The notes under the pieces: generated by a model | The model's database searches: none | Seen by the model: the letters and a program-made list of their open reading frames with translations, nothing else | Told to the model about the DNA's origin: nothing | NCBI GenBank assembly: GCA_049971805.1 | Contig: JBMFKU010000033.1 | Coordinates: 1-12,444, forward strand | DNA length: 12,444 bases | From: Caldisphaera sp. | Lineage (GTDB): Archaea > Thermoproteota > Thermoprotei_A > Sulfolobales > Acidilobaceae | Direction of reading: 5' to 3' | Shown here: positions 8,494-12,444 of the stretch, in pieces | Position numbering within the stretch: position 1 is the first letter of the stretch | Layout of the letters: every line of letters starts with the position of its first letter | Position numbers and translations under genes: made by a program

Positions 8494-8766
8494 ATGGTAA
8501 TGTATATGCGTAAGGCATTGATATATGTTGTTGTAATAGCTCTAGCATACTTTGGTATAGCTGCTATATTGGGTCAGGTTGATTGGCAGCTCTCTTCTTG
8601 GTATAATACAAATACCACATGGTGGTTTCCATGGGGACAATATAAAGCTGTATATGCTTGGGAATTAGAATATGCACTTATTATTATATTTACATCTTTG
8701 GCAGTTATTATGTCATTTCTTCTAGCTAGAGAAATTTATTTAAAAGAATACAAGAAGAATAACTAA
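8494..8766 (+). CDS. Small hypothetical membrane protein (2 TM, Trp-rich loop)
   Basis: Two hydrophobic segments flank DWQLSSWYNTNTTWWFPWGQYKAVYAWE, with basic termini. The true start may be the in-frame ATG at 8500 or 8506. Confidence 0.7.
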   Translation: MVMYMRKALIYVVVIALAYFGIAAILGQVDWQLSSWYNTNTTWWFPWGQYKAVYAWELEYALIIIFTSLAVIMSFLLAREIYLKEYKKNN

Positions 8767-8851
8767 ATTTATTTGGCTGATAAAAATTATGATCATATCA
8801 TAAAGATTTAACCATTTTAATTCAAAGAAATTTATCTAAACCTAAAATATG

Positions 8852-8911
8852 AATTTTCAATGAAATTAATAATAATATTCTACATATTTTTCAAACATTT
8901 CATTGAAAATT
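8852..8911. repeat. 15-bp perfect inverted repeat with a 30-nt spacer
   Basis: AATTTTCAATGAAAT (8852-8866) and ATTTCATTGAAAATT (8897-8911). Each arm contains the palindrome TTTCA-W-TGAAA. Confidence 0.9.
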
Positions 8912-8955
8912 TTTCTAAATTCACTATCATTACCTCCCAATAACTTATATTGAGA
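8866..8955 (-). pseudogene. 3' part of a small gene interrupted by the IS607 derivative
   Basis: Open frame SQYKLLGGNDSEFRKIFNEMFEKYVEYYY* (TAA 8868-8866) begins exactly at the inferred element boundary. It joins ...FRLYRLK (ending 9521) in frame when 8956-9520 is removed. Confidence 0.55.
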
Positions 8956-9016
8956 CTATAGCGCCTTTGCATAACTTTTAAATACTTCCAATCACTTCTA
9001 GTACTGCGGAAATGCT

Positions 9017-9229
9017 GTGGAGAGGTACCTAACGCCAAGCGAGGTTACCAAAATATTTGGCATGAGCAGGAGCGGTGTCATCAAGTGGATTAGACAAGGA
9101 AAGATCAGAACTGTCGAAATTAACGGTAGGTGGAGAATCCCATACAGTGAAGTCGAGAAGTTACTGAGCGGTAGTGGAAGGGTAAGCAGGTTATTGGGAG
9201 GGTTGTCAAGGCTTTTAATCCCTACCTGA
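9017..9229 (+). pseudogene. tnpA: IS607 TnpA fragment: MerR/excisionase-like HTH only, serine recombinase domain missing
   Basis: MERYLTPSEVTKIFGMSRSGVIKWIRQGKIRTVEINGRWRIPYSEVEKLL resembles crenarchaeal IS607 TnpA N-termini. The YARVSS catalytic motif that should follow is absent. TATA TTTAAATA at 8977-8984. Confidence 0.8.
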
Positions 9230-9474
9230 TGACGGGCTCTGCTCATAATGGTATTAAGGTTGTGAAGGTAAATAATAGGTATTTGGTAGGTAAGGATGCC
9301 CTATTGGAGAGGAACTCAATATCTCCTCTTAACCTTGTGAAAAGGGTAGATAGGAAAGTAGTGGTGTTTCCCTCGACTAGCTCCAATAATTTAAGGGTGA
9401 AGGTTTATGATCCCTTAAGAGGCCAGGCTGAATTAGAAGTGATTAAAAGTAAGGAAAAGTTACGCCATGGATAA
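9185..9474 (+). pseudogene. tnpB: C-terminal fragment of IS607-associated TnpB-like ORF
   Basis: SRLLGGLSRLLIPT / MTGSAHNG...RYLVGKDALLERNSISPLNLVKR...ELEVIKSKEKLRHG*. Spacing parallels the TnpB tail (P-x-x-T-S...R...R-D-x-x-A-A-x-N-I). 1-nt frameshift at about 9226 (TGATG). Recognised from memory of Sulfolobales IS607 ORF2 proteins, not by search. Confidence 0.6.
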
Positions 9475-9520
9475 GCACAATAACCCAGAAAACTCCAAAG
9501 CTAAATATTTAGGCTCTTCC

Positions 9521-9735
9521 CTTAAGCCTATATAACCTAAAATTTAAAGAAGCTTCTTCTGATGAAACTTCAGCTAGCCTTTGTAGTAATTCCTTGTATG
9601 AGTTATTAAATACTCTACTATTGTATTCCTTATATAATCCAACCGATCTATATCCTTCTGAACCTCTTCTATTCTCATTTTCATCTCTATTATTTCCCTC
9701 ATTATCTTTTCCTTGTCTATACAATTACCATTCAC
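9521..9735 (-). pseudogene. 5' part of the interrupted small helical/coiled-coil protein gene
   Basis: GTG 9735 (SD GGAGG 9744-9748) opens MNGNCIDKEKIMREIIEMKMRIEEVQKDIDRL... (stop at 9574). The overlapping frame (ORF 9509-9724) carries GLYKEYNSRVFNNSYKELLQRLAEVSSEEASLNFRLYRLK. Both halves show heptad-like patterns, suggesting one 1-nt frameshift near 9640. Confidence 0.5.
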
Positions 9736-9742
9736 CTTTCAA

Positions 9743-9763
9743 ACCTCCTCCGCACCCTAAAGG
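9743..9763 (-). mobile_element. Probable relic of an IS200/IS605-family right end
   Basis: Minus strand CCTTTAGGGTGCGGAGGAGGT, a GC-rich island resembling the archaeal IS605/IS1341-type end CCCTTTAGGGCGGGGAGGAGGTCA as I recall it. The 5' arm of the hairpin is eroded. Confidence 0.4.
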
Positions 9764-10119
9764 ACTAATTTCTAAATCTCTTAAGGCTTATGCCATTCTT
9801 GTTGTTCAGTTGCGTAACACAAGATATTCTATCAGTTTCTTAATAAATTCTATTATATTAGCAACTTTTTTACTATGGTTAGAGCATCATTTAAATTATT
9901 ATAAAATCTATAGTTCAGGAGAAATATAAGATAATATTTTAATTTATTTAAGCTTACACTAATAATTATCGAGCAACTAACAAAATATATAAAAACGTCT
10001 TCCAAGATTTTAAAGAATCAACTTTTAATATATGTATCATAGTTTATAATTTTTATAATTTAAAATAGATAAAAATCATAAAACAAAGAAGAAGGTTGCT
10101 AATTATATTTTTTTCAATT

Positions 10120-11613
10120 TTAAACTTGTCTCAAATATTTTTCTGTTAAATACTTTATTAGATATTCAGGATTATATGGTTCTCCTAATTTCATAACTAG
10201 CAAATCCTTAGGCTTGTATGTAGATCCATACTTATGGATTAACTCCTTGAGGTTTTGTTTAATATCATTAAACTTCTTTTCTGATACTAAATCATATAGA
10301 GGTATAACTTTCAATAGATAATTTCTTACTTGCGCAGCAACTATATTTCCCAACGTATAAGTGGGGAAATATCCAAGATCACCATGACTCCAATGAACAT
10401 CTTGCAATATCCCTTCACTAAAAGACTTGGGTCTTATTCCTAAGAGCTCTTCCATGTTTTGATTCCATATCTCAGGTAGATCGTTAACATTTACCTCTCC
10501 TCTTAGCATAAGTCTTTCCATTTCAAATCTTAATATGATATGAAAGTTATAGGTAAGCTCATCTGCCTCTGTTCTTATCAAGCTTGGCTTAACTGCTGCA
10601 AAATACCTAAATAACTCCTCATCGCTATATTTTTTTGTAAATTCTAGATGCCTATCAACTATTGGTTTTATATCGCTGGTAAACTGATAGCTTCTACCTA
10701 TTATATTTTCCCAGAACCTGCTTTGGCTTTCATGGATACCAAGGCTAACCCCACTACCAATTGGACTCATTTTTAATCCTTGATCTATTTGCAATTCATA
10801 TGTAGCGTGACCAAATTCATGAATAACACTAAATAAAGATCTCTTAAAATCAAAACCTTCGTATCTTGTAGTAATTCTCACATCATTTAATCCCATTCCT
10901 TGAGTAAATGGATGCGGACTTACATCAAGTCTTGCTCTATCCCATGGATAATTCAGCATATTTAGAACTTCTAAATTAACTTTTTTCATTTTTTCTGAAT
11001 CATATTTCATTTTTTCTAATTCTGGTTCAAAATAAAAATATCCTTCAGATACAACATTATCTAAAATTATCTTCAGATTTGGCTTTAGATAATCAAATAT
11101 ACTGACAACATCCTTAGTCATTAATCCTTCTTCATATAAATCTAGTAATGCATCGTAAGGCTCATTTTTATAACCTAATCTTTCAGCCTTTTCAATATTC
11201 AATTTTATTATTTTTTCTAAATATTTGTTAAAAATTGAAAAATCATTTTTCTCTCTTGCTTCCTTCCATGCATGAAATGCTTCTTCTGAAGTCTTGGAAA
11301 GCTCATATATTAAGCTTGGAGGTATTTTCCTTAATATATTGATTTCTCTAGATAAGACTCTAACAACTCCTTTTTCATAATCGTTTAGATTTTCCTGATT
11401 AGATGCCTTTTCAACTAATGAAACAAAATTTTCGCTTAGAATTAGTTCTTGATATAATGTACTTAACTCAGCCATGGCATAGCCCCTTTCTTCGGATCCT
11501 AATGGTGGCATATATGTTTCGTTATCCCATCCCATTAATGCCTGAGCGTGACCTATAGACCAAAGCTTTCTATATCTATTAATTAATTCCTTTACAACTT
11601 CGTTTTCAAACAT
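10120..11613 (-). CDS. Thermostable carboxypeptidase, peptidase family M32 (carboxypeptidase Taq/Pfu type)
   Basis: HEXXH (HEFGH), HPF, DVRITTRY, HESQSRFWEN, IRTEADE, GILQDVHW, YFPTYTLG. Start placed at ATG 11613 (GTGTGAT SD-like site upstream; 497 aa) rather than 11658. Confidence 0.95.
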   Translation of the reverse strand: MFENEVVKELINRYRKLWSIGHAQALMGWDNETYMPPLGSEERGYAMAELSTLYQELILSENFVSLVEKASNQENLNDYEKGVVRVLSREINILRKIPPSLIYELSKTSEEAFHAWKEAREKNDFSIFNKYLEKIIKLNIEKAERLGYKNEPYDALLDLYEEGLMTKDVVSIFDYLKPNLKIILDNVVSEGYFYFEPELEKMKYDSEKMKKVNLEVLNMLNYPWDRARLDVSPHPFTQGMGLNDVRITTRYEGFDFKRSLFSVIHEFGHATYELQIDQGLKMSPIGSGVSLGIHESQSRFWENIIGRSYQFTSDIKPIVDRHLEFTKKYSDEELFRYFAAVKPSLIRTEADELTYNFHIILRFEMERLMLRGEVNVNDLPEIWNQNMEELLGIRPKSFSEGILQDVHWSHGDLGYFPTYTLGNIVAAQVRNYLLKVIPLYDLVSEKKFNDIKQNLKELIHKYGSTYKPKDLLVMKLGEPYNPEYLIKYLTEKYLRQV

Positions 11614-11765
11614 AATTATCACACAATTTCTATTTTTGTTATTTATAATAATATGCATTTCGTATTTACAAAAATTTATAATTACTATAAATATTTTTTA
11701 ATAATAATTTGGCATATTGAAAAATATTTATTTTTAAAAATACTTGTACAAATAGGTGTGTAAAA

Positions 11766-12444
11766 TTGGGTGCTAAGTCCGATATAGATTTGCTTAGGAG
11801 TAGTGTTAGAGAATTTTCAGAAAAGATATTGTCTCCTGTTGCAAAGAAAATAGACATAGATAACTATGTTCCAGAGGATATATTAAATCAAGTTGCTAAT
11901 ATGGGTTATTTTGCATTAAAGGTATCAGACAAATATGGCGGACCAAATTTATCTACATTAGAATCTGTTGTAGTCGTTGAAGAGCTTGCTAGGGTTTCTT
12001 CTGGAATATCTATCATAGCTACTGTTTCTGGTACAATGGTTGCATATCCATTAGTTCACTATGCAAGTGAAGAATTAAAGGAAGAATATTTAACTAGATT
12101 GGCTAAAGGAAAAATTGGGGCATTTGCATTAAGCGAACCGTGCTGTGGATCAGATGCTGCAAACCTAACAACAAGGGCAGAAAAAGATGGTAATGATTTT
12201 GTTATAAATGGCAGAAAGACGTGGATCACAAACTCTACATATGCTGATTTCTTTTTGGTAGCTGCAAGAACTGGTAAACAAGAAGACAGGCATAAAGCAA
12301 TATCAATATTTGTTGTCGATAAAAACAAATGCATAGAAATATCTAAACTAGATATGATGGGTTATAGAGGTAGCGGCACAAGCGAGTTGCTTTTTAAAGA
12401 TTGTAGAGTTCCAAAAGAAAACTTGGTTGGAGAATTAAATAACG
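11766..12444 (+). CDS. Acyl-CoA dehydrogenase family protein, N-terminal part; runs off the window edge
   Basis: From TTG 11766 (SD AGGTG 11754-11758): MGAKSDIDLLRSSVREFSEKILSPVAKKID...KYGGPNL...VEELARVS...GAFALSEPCCGSDAANLTTRAEKDGNDFVINGRKTWITN. Absent from the ORF track because it has no stop in the window. Confidence 0.95.
   Translation, partial: MGAKSDIDLLRSSVREFSEKILSPVAKKIDIDNYVPEDILNQVANMGYFALKVSDKYGGPNLSTLESVVVVEELARVSSGISIIATVSGTMVAYPLVHYASEELKEEYLTRLAKGKIGAFALSEPCCGSDAANLTTRAEKDGNDFVINGRKTWITNSTYADFFLVAARTGKQEDRHKAISIFVVDKNKCIEISKLDMMGYRGSGTSELLFKDCRVPKENLVGELNN

Larger units (their letters stand above)
8956..9522 (+). mobile_element. Internally deleted, non-autonomous IS607-family element (565 bp plus the repeated CT core)
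   Basis: Carries the TnpA HTH N-terminus and a TnpB-like C-terminus. GC is higher than the flanks (27/60 in 9061-9120). CT dinucleotide at both boundaries (8956-8957, 9521-9522). Phased ACTT motifs in the left end. No terminal inverted repeats, as expected for IS607. Confidence 0.75.

Noticed and set aside
8385-8513. Chain of mini-ORFs (MLSKEFEKIGNKIKMTVNRYY*, MGEFIQ*, MITKIIYHNGNVYA*, the last with a GGTGA SD)
   Set aside because: Could be a gene relic or uORF, but too short to support; such ORFs are common in AT-rich DNA.
8998-9246. 82-aa minus-strand ORF
   Set aside because: Antisense shadow of the TnpA HTH fragment.
9594-9929. 111-aa plus-strand ORF
   Set aside because: Its Leu/Ser/Phe/Pro-rich composition mirrors the purine-rich minus-strand gene, it crosses the IS-end relic, and it has no SD.
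9806-9935. Minus-strand fragments FYNNLNDALTIVKK / KVANIIEFIKKLIEYLVLRN resembling a HEPN-domain C-terminal helix
   Set aside because: Needs frameshifts, has no diagnostic motif, and the resemblance is only that of a generic amphipathic helix.
11614-11658. 15-aa N-terminal extension of the M32 peptidase in the ORF track
   Set aside because: It overlaps the likely TATA (11641-11648) and SD; ATG 11613 gives a family-typical length.
11666-11857. 63-aa minus-strand ORF
   Set aside because: Antisense to the acyl-CoA dehydrogenase start and its promoter.
12059-12334. 91-aa minus-strand ORF
   Set aside because: Antisense shadow of the acyl-CoA dehydrogenase.

Overview
AT-rich archaeal window, most likely crenarchaeal (Acidilobales/Desulfurococcales-like). 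This rests on GGTGA-type Shine-Dalgarno sites, TATA/BRE promoters and frequent TTG starts, and is an inference. Gene order: partial acetamidase/formamidase (-), a shortened APC amino-acid permease (-), histidine ammonia-lyase (-), deoC (-), an MFS transporter broken by a perfect 38-bp tandem duplication and a second frameshift (+), a DapA-family aldolase/lyase (+), a stand-alone and more GC-rich sufB (-), a small Trp-rich membrane protein (+), an accessory patch at about 8.85-9.8 kb, an M32 carboxypeptidase (-) and a partial acyl-CoA dehydrogenase (+). The accessory patch resolves into a 565-bp internally deleted IS607-type element (TnpA HTH joined to a degenerate TnpB C-terminus). It is bounded by a shared CT dinucleotide and splits a ~100-aa helical gene that the ORF track does not show. 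A 15-bp perfect inverted repeat lies at the 3' end of that gene and a probable IS200/IS605 right-end relic lies at its 5' end. No CRISPR array, rRNA or tRNA was seen.
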